Source of the DNA: Patescibacteria group bacterium
GTDB lineage: Bacteria > Patescibacteriota > Microgenomatia > Levybacterales > GWA1-39-11
Reading direction: 5' to 3'
Assembly: GCA_035545675.1 (NCBI GenBank)
Contig: DASZYA010000001.1
Location: 237-64,236, forward strand
Length of the DNA stretch: 64,000 bases
A program made the position numbers and the translations under genes. Shown in pieces: positions 35,792 through 44,576 of this stretch (position 1 is the stretch's first letter; each line of letters opens with the position of its first letter). The notes beneath the pieces were generated by a model. It ran no database searches. It was given only the letters and a program-made list of their open reading frames with translations, and was not told the DNA's origin.

Positions 35792-36171
35792 TTATATTCT
35801 TTATCATTTTTTTTATTTGTTAAATAACTTATAAATTTCCCAATTTTAACAGCGAGTACATCCAGTCTATCATTAACCTCATTAAATTCCGCCTGGGTTA
35901 TATATTTTAGCTTAAGCGATATATATAACTGCGTTTTCACCTCTCCCAACGATCCTTTCGAAATTCTTAAAAATCTAATAAGATCGTTATTATTACTTAT
36001 TTCAAACCCTTCAGCAATATTTGATGGAATTGAAACAACTGCTCTTCTTACTTGATCTCTTAAACCAAAGTCTCGAGAAAAAACCGTTTTATTAGTTAAA
36101 TCATAGACAAACAAAACTACATCTATGCTTAACTGCCAAATCTCTAAATCTTTAAAACTATTTATTTTCAT
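35782..36171 (-). CDS. Four helix bundle protein (23S rRNA-IVP/'S23'-like), paralog 2
   Basis: SFKDLEIWQ, GLRDQVRRAVVSIPSNIAEG, FLRISKGSLGEVKTQL. Confidence 0.93.
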   Translation of the reverse strand: MKINSFKDLEIWQLSIDVVLFVYDLTNKTVFSRDFGLRDQVRRAVVSIPSNIAEGFEISNNNDLIRFLRISKGSLGEVKTQLYISLKLKYITQAEFNEVNDRLDVLAVKIGKFISYLTNKKNDKEYKTR

Positions 36172-36205
36172 AACTCGTTAACTCGGCTCCCGTTAACTCG
36201 TTAAC
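36171..36205. repeat. Octamer array (CTCGTTAA) at 5' side of four-helix-bundle gene 2
   Basis: taactcgttaactcggctcccgttaactcgttaac. 36193-36204 is the perfect reverse complement of 35766-35777. Confidence 0.85.
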
Positions 36206-37106
36206 TTCTCAAACCACTTATAAATTTCTTTGCGCTAATTCCCGCTAATACTAATCCTTTCATATATCCTGGATATTTATTTTGATAATGTTTTCTATAA
36301 AAAATCCTCATCGCATCAAATCTTGCATCATGTGCTATCTTTTTTGTTTCACGAGTAGCAGTTGTAATATGTTTTGAATCTTTCTTTATTCCTCCAGAAA
36401 CACCTTTGTAGTGTAGTATTTCAAATTCGGGAACAAAAAATATTTTCCAACCCTTTTCAATTAACTTGTAGCAAAAGTCCAAATCTTCCCCATAAAAGAA
36501 GAAATCTTCATCCCACCAACCCACTTGTTCTCCAGCTTCTCCTCTTACAACCATGAATGCTCCTGCAAGGGCCTCTATCTCATGTGTTTGATTGGTTGGT
36601 AAATACGTAAGGTTATAACCTGCAAATGTTTTGGTTTTTGGAAAAACTTTTGATAACCCCGTAAAATGAGCGAGCGCACGCCATGGAGTTGGGAAGCCAC
36701 GATGCGCTGCATCATCTAATTTTCCATTTGGAAGTCTAACAAAACAGGTTGATGCCCCCACTTGCGGATTATTATCCATAAACTCTACCATTCCATCTAT
36801 GGTTTTCTCGTATACAACAGTGTCTGAGTTTAAAAATAAAACATAGCGACCATTTGATTCTTTTACTCCGATATTATTAGCTTTAGAAAAGCCAAAATTT
36901 TCAGTATTTTGAATGAGTTTTAAATTTTTTATTTTTGATTCTAAATTTTTTATTTCTTTACCAGAATCGTCGCTCGACTTATTGTCTACAACTATAATTT
37001 CAAAACTCTTTTTCTTAACGGTTCTAGCAATAGATAGAATACACTCAAGGGTTAAATCTTTTGTATTAAATGAAACAATAATAATTGATATGTCTACTTT
37101 TTTCAT
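36201..37106 (-). CDS. GT2 glycosyltransferase (WbbL-like)
   Basis: VVDNKSSD, NFGFSKANN, FLNSD, GAFM, YGEDLD. Start trimmed to MKKVD. Confidence 0.9.
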   Translation of the reverse strand: MKKVDISIIIVSFNTKDLTLECILSIARTVKKKSFEIIVVDNKSSDDSGKEIKNLESKIKNLKLIQNTENFGFSKANNIGVKESNGRYVLFLNSDTVVYEKTIDGMVEFMDNNPQVGASTCFVRLPNGKLDDAAHRGFPTPWRALAHFTGLSKVFPKTKTFAGYNLTYLPTNQTHEIEALAGAFMVVRGEAGEQVGWWDEDFFFYGEDLDFCYKLIEKGWKIFFVPEFEILHYKGVSGGIKKDSKHITTATRETKKIAHDARFDAMRIFYRKHYQNKYPGYMKGLVLAGISAKKFISGLRS

Positions 37107-38275
37107 TAAACTTCCTTCCAATATTTATTTAATTTTTTGCCAATTACGTCCCAAGAATATTCCTTTTTTGCAAACTCGTGGGCATTTTTAGCCAACTTCT
37201 TTCTTTTATTTAGATCCTCAAGCAGGTTTTTTGTTTTACCAACAAAATCCCAAGCAGTATCTGCAATTATAAGATGTTTTTCATTCTCTGCTCCAATTCC
37301 TTTTATTCTATGAGGTAATCCTATTACGGGAAGACCAACTGCGAAAGCCTCTATTATTTTAAAATTAGTTCCCCCACCCAATCTAATTGGTGCGACCATA
37401 ATATCAGCTGCTTCATACTCATCCTGAATTTTTGGCACGAATTCTTTGAAAGTTATTCTTTCATCTCTTATTGGAAGGCTTGTTACTCCTCTTCCAACAG
37501 CAGTAAGTGTGATGTCATCCGGTAAATCAGCAAAAACTTCTTTGTAGAAAAAATTTATTGCATCTACATTTGGAAAATATGTGAAGTTTCCTACAAACAA
37601 TAATTTCTTACCGTTAATCCTAGCAGGCTCATGATATTTAAATTCGTCGAAGTCTACCCCATTTCTCACAACTCCAACCTTGTTTGTAAATTTTTTAATA
37701 ACATCCGCGTCATCATCTGATACGGCAATATTAAGATCTGCCTTTTTAAATATTTCCTCTTCCTCTCTTCTTATTCTTCCCACCTGAGCTTTATAAGCTC
37801 CTCTTAATAATTTTGGCGTGTTGTTCTCTGCATAATCGTCATAGAGATTTGCTTCTATATTTTCCGTACCAAATATTTGCTTTACACCTGTTTTACCAAT
37901 TTCATCTCCGATAAAAAAAGATGTATAAAAAGATTCAAAGTGAACAACGTCAATATGATTTGCAACTATTTGCTCAACTATCTGATTCAGGGCGGATTTT
38001 GAATTATAAAGAGCATTAAAAATTGATTTACCACTTATCAAACCAAAGATGTTTGTAGGATCTACAACTTTCTTTCTGGGAATTAACTCTAAAACCTTAA
38101 CTCCAATTTTTTCCATTTCCTTAATATATTCATTGTTGAAATCATTTCTAACAAAAGAAATTAAATATTTCTCCACATCGCTCCCAGAATGTTTAAGCAT
38201 GTTATATGAGCGGGTTTTACCACCAGAATTGGTAGGATAAGGAAAATCGTAAGTTACAAATAATACTTTCTTCAT
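37106..38275 (-). CDS. GT4 glycosyltransferase
   Basis: PYP.NSGG, NGVD, FVGNFTYFPN, GGGTNFKIIEA. Confidence 0.9.
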   Translation of the reverse strand: MKKVLFVTYDFPYPTNSGGKTRSYNMLKHSGSDVEKYLISFVRNDFNNEYIKEMEKIGVKVLELIPRKKVVDPTNIFGLISGKSIFNALYNSKSALNQIVEQIVANHIDVVHFESFYTSFFIGDEIGKTGVKQIFGTENIEANLYDDYAENNTPKLLRGAYKAQVGRIRREEEEIFKKADLNIAVSDDDADVIKKFTNKVGVVRNGVDFDEFKYHEPARINGKKLLFVGNFTYFPNVDAINFFYKEVFADLPDDITLTAVGRGVTSLPIRDERITFKEFVPKIQDEYEAADIMVAPIRLGGGTNFKIIEAFAVGLPVIGLPHRIKGIGAENEKHLIIADTAWDFVGKTKNLLEDLNKRKKLAKNAHEFAKKEYSWDVIGKKLNKYWKEV

Positions 38276-38294
38276 AATTATTTTGAAAGAATTT

Positions 38295-38395
38295 TTAATT
38301 TTAAATTTCTAATTTTCATTTAATTTTTATTTATCTAATTTTTAAATTCTAACATTTTAATTTTATTATGAATTAAGAATTAGGAATTAATAATT
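38295..38395. repeat. Gene-less inverted TTAATTT/GAATTAA arrays
   Basis: ttaattt taaattt ctaattt ... ctaattt ... gaattaa gaattag gaattaa taattta. Confidence 0.8.
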
Positions 38396-39846
38396 TACTT
38401 AAGTTTAAGTATCAAATAAGTGGAGCTTGATGCAACTGGTGTATAAGTTCTCCCAAAGCCGTTGAAATCACTCTGGGTTGGATTTGCGATAACCAGATAC
38501 TGTGCTCCTTTATCTATTAAGCCGTTTATTCCAACCTCAAAAACTGGCCAACCCGGACGCTCAATAATATTTAGAAACGTTGTACTTCCATCATAAGGCG
38601 CAATTACTACTGCGTCTTTTGGCAACACTTTATTTGCATAGACTCCTGCCGCAACCATCCCGCGATCATTTATGTTGAAATAGTCTTTAACATAATGCCA
38701 GGATAAAACAAAAGATGAAATCATGATTAATACACAAATAGCCAAAGATGCATTCTGTGGAATCTTTTTAGAAAGAAGGGATACTAGTTTGGAAAATCCG
38801 AGTCCTGCAAAGATAGAGATAGTTGGCACAATCAATATTTGATAATAATCATGCTGAACGTTTCCTGTTGCAATAATACAAACATAAAGAAGTGATGAAA
38901 TGGCAAAAGTGAGAAAAAACCATTTGTTCTTTTCTTTGAGAGAATCAATAAGTCCAAGAAGAAAAAACGAAATACCTGAAAACCCTAATATCAACTTAGT
39001 TAGTCTTTCATATAATATCCATCTAAAAAATGCCGGATGAAATCTAATATTGTTCCCGTTAAATAACCAGGCAGATACCGGAATACCCTCGGGATGATGT
39101 CCTATCCATACTCTCCAAAGAGCCAATGGCAAAATGCTTAAGACAAGATATAACCATAATTGCCATTTTTTGATAAAAGAAAGACCCCATTTATTAATTA
39201 CTAAATAAACCATTGGAAGGGTGAAGAACAAAGCATAGGGCTTGAGTAGAAATGAAAGTGTTGTAAAGATCAGTGAAAGAACAAAGTACATTCCGTTCTT
39301 AGTTCTTAGGTTTTTGTTCTTAGGTTTTTTTTCTAACCACTTGTCGAAGAAATAGATGCCAGCAAGAATTGAAGCTGCCATAGATGGATCTGGAAGAATT
39401 ACACGACTGTAATAGATTGAGAATGGCAGAAACAAAAAGAAAGCAGCTGCTGCAACACCCGCAATCTCATTGGCATATTTTTTAGTTAGAGCATATATAA
39501 AAACTGCAGAAAAAATTGAGGCAACAATTGTAATTATCCTCCCCCATTCGGGTAATGTCATGACACCAATGCCTTCAAAAAGAACTGCTTGCGTGGCATT
39601 ATATATTGGGAACTCAACTAATCTTAGTCCCTGAGGGTTATCGAATCCTGATTGGACGTTTGAAATATCATAATATTTTGGAGAAAGAAAATTTATACCC
39701 TCTCTAACGTAGCGAGACGAGACTGCGTTTGTATCTCCCTGGCGAAATGAATGCCAATCTGCAACTGGATTATCAAATCTGTAAAAACGAACTATAAATC
39801 CCAAAAAGAACAGCAACAACAACCCGAATAATAAATTTCGCTTCAT
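38395..39846 (-). CDS. GT-C (ArnT/PMT-like) membrane glycosyltransferase
   Basis: Multi-TM; DWHSFRQGDT, EFPIY, YSRVILPD, HDYYQ. Confidence 0.8.
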   Translation of the reverse strand: MKRNLLFGLLLLFFLGFIVRFYRFDNPVADWHSFRQGDTNAVSSRYVREGINFLSPKYYDISNVQSGFDNPQGLRLVEFPIYNATQAVLFEGIGVMTLPEWGRIITIVASIFSAVFIYALTKKYANEIAGVAAAAFFLFLPFSIYYSRVILPDPSMAASILAGIYFFDKWLEKKPKNKNLRTKNGMYFVLSLIFTTLSFLLKPYALFFTLPMVYLVINKWGLSFIKKWQLWLYLVLSILPLALWRVWIGHHPEGIPVSAWLFNGNNIRFHPAFFRWILYERLTKLILGFSGISFFLLGLIDSLKEKNKWFFLTFAISSLLYVCIIATGNVQHDYYQILIVPTISIFAGLGFSKLVSLLSKKIPQNASLAICVLIMISSFVLSWHYVKDYFNINDRGMVAAGVYANKVLPKDAVVIAPYDGSTTFLNIIERPGWPVFEVGINGLIDKGAQYLVIANPTQSDFNGFGRTYTPVASSSTYLILKLK

Positions 39847-39899
39847 TAAATTTATTCTAGTTTATTGCGAGCATATTATCAACGTTATTGAAGCTAATA

Positions 39900-42800
39900 C
39901 TATTTTTTGAGCACAGTAGATGGAGTGGGGGTTATAATAGGATTCTTCTTTGGAGGGGGAACTTCTGTAACAGTTCCGTCGCCATTAAATTGGAATACTT
40001 TATAAGTTCTGCCAATTTTTTCCTGCATCTCAGGTGTTAAAGTCTGATCCTGACTTATTGATATATTAGGATTCTTGAATGCAAACCACATTGCATCATT
40101 TATTCCAACCGGAAATACCCAAGCGTTTCCTACCTTTGTGGGAACATTTACAAAATGAAATTCCATAGGAGTTGATGACCAATAATCAGAGTATGCATCA
40201 TCAATTGCTATTAAGAAATTTTGAGCCTGTTGACCTGCCCCATACCAATCTTGATAAACTTGTTGCACCTGAATTATTTGGAAAAGTCCAAAAGTTGCAA
40301 CAATAACGGTAATTGATGCAACAGCAACATTTTTACCATTAGTCAGCAAAAAGTCGTAGATAACAGTAAGAAACCATACAAAAATCATAACTAGACCCAT
40401 TGATGCTAGATAACTATAACGAGATGTTATATTTCCAAAGCCAATAAACGGAAGTAGGGTTATTACAAAGAACCAAAAGCTGAATGAAATTATCTTTCTT
40501 CCTGAAACATTAATCTTCTTCCACAATCTTTTGTATAAGAAGTATGCTATCGCAAGAGCTACTAATCCAAAAACTGTTGCAAAAATAAGATTCCCCCTTA
40601 ATATATCTCTAAGTTTTTCATATGGTCCAAAAGCAAAAGGTCCTAAAATCGTAATAAGAATATATCCAATAGCATTTCCAACAACGTTAAAAGGAAGTTT
40701 TATTAGATTGTATGAATAGTCTCCACCTTGCCAATGACTTCCGGAAATAAATCTTATTACAAGATATATAGCATCCGGAATAAACAATGCTAAATACTCA
40801 ATCTTTCCGATTGCTTTTTTGATAGAGAAATCTGGATTGTAGAAAAATTCATAAAGAATTATTAATAACGGAACTATCATTCCGAGCTCATAGAAAAGGA
40901 GGGATAAACAGGAAAATATTATTGATCCCACAAAAAACGTGACATTTTTCTTTTCGCGCCAGAGAATAAATGAAAGAAGAGATAACAATATAAACATTGC
41001 ATTGAATAAATGCCCGAGCGCTGAAATCCAAAATACAATCTCTACATACCCACTCATTATCAAGAATAGAAAAGCAGCGCCTGCTGCCAACATTCTCTTT
41101 TTGAGTATCTTTTGAGCCAAGAAGTAGAAAAGAACAACAACAATAAAATGAATAAAGATTGAAACCATGTGATAAACAACTTGATTCAACCAGAAAAATT
41201 GATAGAGGAAGTAGAACAAGAGCTTTGTACCGGGCCTAAAGAAAAATCCATCTGAATTAATAAAGTAAGAGGATAGAGTTGATAAGAAACTCCCACAACC
41301 TTGTGTAATATTTCCACAAGTTGCTGCCCACCTAAACCAAGTGTAATCATCTGCGACAAAGTAATTTCCAAGCATTGGAGCAAAAATTACAAAAGCCAAT
41401 ATAAATAGGTAAACAATGATTGCATAAGAAGATGTTGCAACATCCTTGAGTTCTTTAGAAAGGTTTATTTCTCTTTTCTGATAGAGTACTAGAGTTCCCA
41501 AAGCAATACCGGTCAACATCCACAAAAGATAGGCAATTTTACTCGCCTCAAAAACATCTATTAATGTTGCATTAAGTGCCAATCCCACTACTCCCGCAGC
41601 AAATCCCAAAATAAAACATCTTGCAACTTTTGAATCTATGTCTGGCAAAATTTTTCTGATATAAACTGCGACTGCTAGGAATATAGCAAAGAAACTAGTC
41701 ATACCAAGTATTCCAACCTCCGCAAGAGTTCTTAGATAGTTATTATCAACAGCAAGACTGACCGATCCATATCCACTTCCTACCAATATATTTCTCTCAA
41801 AAGCCATTATTGCGTGTGGCCATTCACCTTGAAACCTAGTTGTAAATGAAAGATCGTAAGCTGAGGCTTTTTTGATAATAAAGTCACCATGAATTATTAA
41901 CACCTGAGCAGAGTTGGTTGTAGCAACATTTGGAGATAGTTCATAGAAAAAGTTACCCACCCTTTTTGTAACCGGAGAAAGAGCTAAGTTAACATATCCT
42001 GTTCCCTGAGGAAGACTTTCACCATTTGATACATTTGCAGCGCTAACTACGGGTACATTTCCGAGCTGCTCGAGAAGTTTCCATTGCAATACTGCAGAGG
42101 CAGTAGCAGTTGAGGTTTCTTGACCTTGAAGCGCATAATTTAGATCGTCAGAATTAGAAACTCTTTCTTGTCTTATTATCTTATCGCGGAAATTTTCTAC
42201 CGGTACAAAATGAACTTCCCCAACCGCGGCTCCTGTTTTTCCATCAACCAAAACATCAACCTTTTTTACAGTATTACTGAAACGATTAAGAAGTGCTGGA
42301 GACAAAGAGAACAAAAGGAAAGCAAGAACTGCGATTACCGGGATTGAATATAATACCAGCTTTTTCTTCTGGAAAAAAAGCAAAAAGAACAAGGCAACTA
42401 ACAAAACAAAGAAAGAAACACGAGAAACTGTCATAAATAAAAGAGCAAATCCTAAAACAGCAGTAATTGCAAAAAATGCTTTTATAATCCAATTTTTGTA
42501 GGCAAAAATCATGCTAACAATTATTGGGATTACGAGAACCAAATAGGCAGCCAAATCATATTGACCGGCAAATGTTGATGGAAGACGAGACAACTGAGAT
42601 AGAGTTATTGGAATTCCTTTAGCGAATTCCTCATTCATCGTAAGGTAAGCGGGAAATCCGAGATATTTTTGTCCAAAACCATAAAAGATTACACCAAGAA
42701 GGGTAAATGCGATTATAAAGACTGCTGCGTTAATTTGGTTTTTATCCCTGATTGAAGCAAAAGCTACAAAGAATAAGCTTAGATATTCAATGTGCCTTAA

Positions 42801-43127
42801 AAACGCAAGAAATGCTACGTTTGGAAATACATTAGCAGCTGTTGGGAAAATTATAAGAACTCCATGGATTGTTGCAATTGCTCCTATAATCCAAAAGATC
42901 ATGATTGGAATAGTAATTGGAGTTTTAAGTTCAACCTTTCTTCTAATGAGTTGAACTACCCAAGCAAGAAGAGCGCCCAGAACTAAAAAGTCCTCTACTC
43001 TTATATAAACCCAGGTGTTTTTGATATCAAGAAGTGGAAGTTTGGGATATAGAGGAATGAATGCTAGCAAAAAAACTGTGATCAAAAATAAGAAATTATC
43101 GCTAATGTATGAAATTATTTTCTTCAT
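39900..43127 (-). CDS. Fusion of O-antigen-ligase-like (Wzy_C) domain and GT-C-like domain
   Basis: N-half: RLPSTF, TVSRVSF, GSGYGS..DNNYLRTLAEVGILG. C-half: YFVADDY, FFRP, many TMs, RYSY. Confidence 0.72.
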   Translation of the reverse strand: MKKIISYISDNFLFLITVFLLAFIPLYPKLPLLDIKNTWVYIRVEDFLVLGALLAWVVQLIRRKVELKTPITIPIMIFWIIGAIATIHGVLIIFPTAANVFPNVAFLAFLRHIEYLSLFFVAFASIRDKNQINAAVFIIAFTLLGVIFYGFGQKYLGFPAYLTMNEEFAKGIPITLSQLSRLPSTFAGQYDLAAYLVLVIPIIVSMIFAYKNWIIKAFFAITAVLGFALLFMTVSRVSFFVLLVALFFLLFFQKKKLVLYSIPVIAVLAFLLFSLSPALLNRFSNTVKKVDVLVDGKTGAAVGEVHFVPVENFRDKIIRQERVSNSDDLNYALQGQETSTATASAVLQWKLLEQLGNVPVVSAANVSNGESLPQGTGYVNLALSPVTKRVGNFFYELSPNVATTNSAQVLIIHGDFIIKKASAYDLSFTTRFQGEWPHAIMAFERNILVGSGYGSVSLAVDNNYLRTLAEVGILGMTSFFAIFLAVAVYIRKILPDIDSKVARCFILGFAAGVVGLALNATLIDVFEASKIAYLLWMLTGIALGTLVLYQKREINLSKELKDVATSSYAIIVYLFILAFVIFAPMLGNYFVADDYTWFRWAATCGNITQGCGSFLSTLSSYFINSDGFFFRPGTKLLFYFLYQFFWLNQVVYHMVSIFIHFIVVVLFYFLAQKILKKRMLAAGAAFLFLIMSGYVEIVFWISALGHLFNAMFILLSLLSFILWREKKNVTFFVGSIIFSCLSLLFYELGMIVPLLIILYEFFYNPDFSIKKAIGKIEYLALFIPDAIYLVIRFISGSHWQGGDYSYNLIKLPFNVVGNAIGYILITILGPFAFGPYEKLRDILRGNLIFATVFGLVALAIAYFLYKRLWKKINVSGRKIISFSFWFFVITLLPFIGFGNITSRYSYLASMGLVMIFVWFLTVIYDFLLTNGKNVAVASITVIVATFGLFQIIQVQQVYQDWYGAGQQAQNFLIAIDDAYSDYWSSTPMEFHFVNVPTKVGNAWVFPVGINDAMWFAFKNPNISISQDQTLTPEMQEKIGRTYKVFQFNGDGTVTEVPPPKKNPIITPTPSTVLKK

Positions 43128-43981
43128 GACTTTAACGCTCCACTATATGTGTCGCTTAAGTATTTATTATTCATTATTTTACCTATCAATACAAGTGATA
43201 TTGCTTTGAGTTTAAAAAGAGATTTTACCACAACATAAGAGAATGGTGTTCCGTGTTTTTTATGGAAATAAAATATTCCTTTATAAATATTTCTTATAGC
43301 AAATGACTTGTTTGAACTACCGTGAGATACATGTTCCAAAATTACAGCAGGCGTGAAGTGAGTAGTATAGCCAGAGAACCTTGCTCTAAAACACAAATCC
43401 ATATCCTCAATATACATAAAATAATGTTCATCAAATCCATTGAGCTTCATAAATAAATTGGTTTTAATAAACATAAACCCTCCACTCACAAAATCTACTA
43501 TTTCTTCTCTTTTTGGAGAAAAGCGGACACCTACTTTATCATCAAGACCAAGCGCAATAGAGATAGATGCTAAGAGGCCAAAAAATTTACCACAAGATTT
43601 TTCCAACTCTCCATTTTTTCCTACTAATTTACCTCCCACAATACCAATATTTATATTTGAGTTTATAGTTTCGATGAAGCTATCTACGCTTCCTTTTTTC
43701 CAACGGGCATCTGGATTAACAAATAATAGATACTCCCCACTTGCTACTTTTGCTCCGGTATTTATTCCTTTTGCAAAACCTAAGTTTTGATCGTTCACGA
43801 TCAAGCGGATTTTAGTTTTTGGCTCTTTGATTTTTGATACGACTCTGACAGTGTCATCAGTCGAATTGTTATCGACAACTATTAGCTCAATACTTTCCTT
43901 TTTATTGAATTCAAAGATGCTCTCTATAAGCTCTTTTATGTAGGCAGAAGAATTGTATGTGAGGATTATTATCGAAACCAT
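43124..43981 (-). CDS. GT2 glycosyltransferase
   Basis: VVDNNSTD, NLGFAKGIN, FVNPD, FMYIEDMD. Confidence 0.9.
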   Translation of the reverse strand: MVSIIILTYNSSAYIKELIESIFEFNKKESIELIVVDNNSTDDTVRVVSKIKEPKTKIRLIVNDQNLGFAKGINTGAKVASGEYLLFVNPDARWKKGSVDSFIETINSNINIGIVGGKLVGKNGELEKSCGKFFGLLASISIALGLDDKVGVRFSPKREEIVDFVSGGFMFIKTNLFMKLNGFDEHYFMYIEDMDLCFRARFSGYTTHFTPAVILEHVSHGSSNKSFAIRNIYKGIFYFHKKHGTPFSYVVVKSLFKLKAISLVLIGKIMNNKYLSDTYSGALKS

Positions 43982-44535
43982 GCTGCTCTTCCCAATTTGT
44001 AATTGGGGTTTTTAAGTTTTCGTTCGCCAATAACCTTTGCAGGAACTCCACCAACGATTGCAAATTCCGGTACATCCTTTGTAACAACGGCTCCAGCCCC
44101 AACTACGGCACCCTTACCAATCTTAACTCCTGGAAGAATAACAGCTCTTGGACCAATAAAAACATAATCGCCTATTTCAACAGGTTCCAAAACTACCTCC
44201 TCTACCTTTGCAAAATTTTCTGAATTTATATCGTGTTGAGAGTTATAGATCATGACTTCTGATGCTATATCAACGTGATTTCCGATCTTAAGTGGAGCGC
44301 GACCATCAAGAACTGCATTTTCACCAATTATTGTATCCTCCCCGATTTTTATTTTTGATGCATCATAAAAAACTGCACCCATATGAATTGAGGAACCTTT
44401 CCCAATTTTCATTCCCTGTACTCTATAAAAGAAACGCCTAATGTGATGAGATGGGACGTGACCAATATATTTAAGAATCATATTGTCTGATTCAAGCATT
44501 ACCGCGCTCGCTCTTCTTTTGATTCGTTTAATCAT
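43969..44535 (-). CDS. Hexapeptide-repeat (LbH) O-acyltransferase
   Basis: IG.... hexapeptides, GAGAVVTKDVP, GGVPAK. Confidence 0.9.
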   Translation of the reverse strand: MIKRIKRRASAVMLESDNMILKYIGHVPSHHIRRFFYRVQGMKIGKGSSIHMGAVFYDASKIKIGEDTIIGENAVLDGRAPLKIGNHVDIASEVMIYNSQHDINSENFAKVEEVVLEPVEIGDYVFIGPRAVILPGVKIGKGAVVGAGAVVTKDVPEFAIVGGVPAKVIGERKLKNPNYKLGRAAWFR

Positions 44536-44547
44536 AAATTTAAATAA

Positions 44548-44576
44548 TTAATTCTTATTTATTAAATTCTTAATTT
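44548..44576. repeat. TTAATTC-family array
   Basis: ttaattcttatttatta (44548-44564) is identical to 28771-28787. Confidence 0.6.

Noticed and set aside
12057-36171. Diversity-generating retroelement suggested by the Avd-like fold
   Set aside because: No reverse transcriptase and no TR/VR pair with adenine-specific mismatches was seen.
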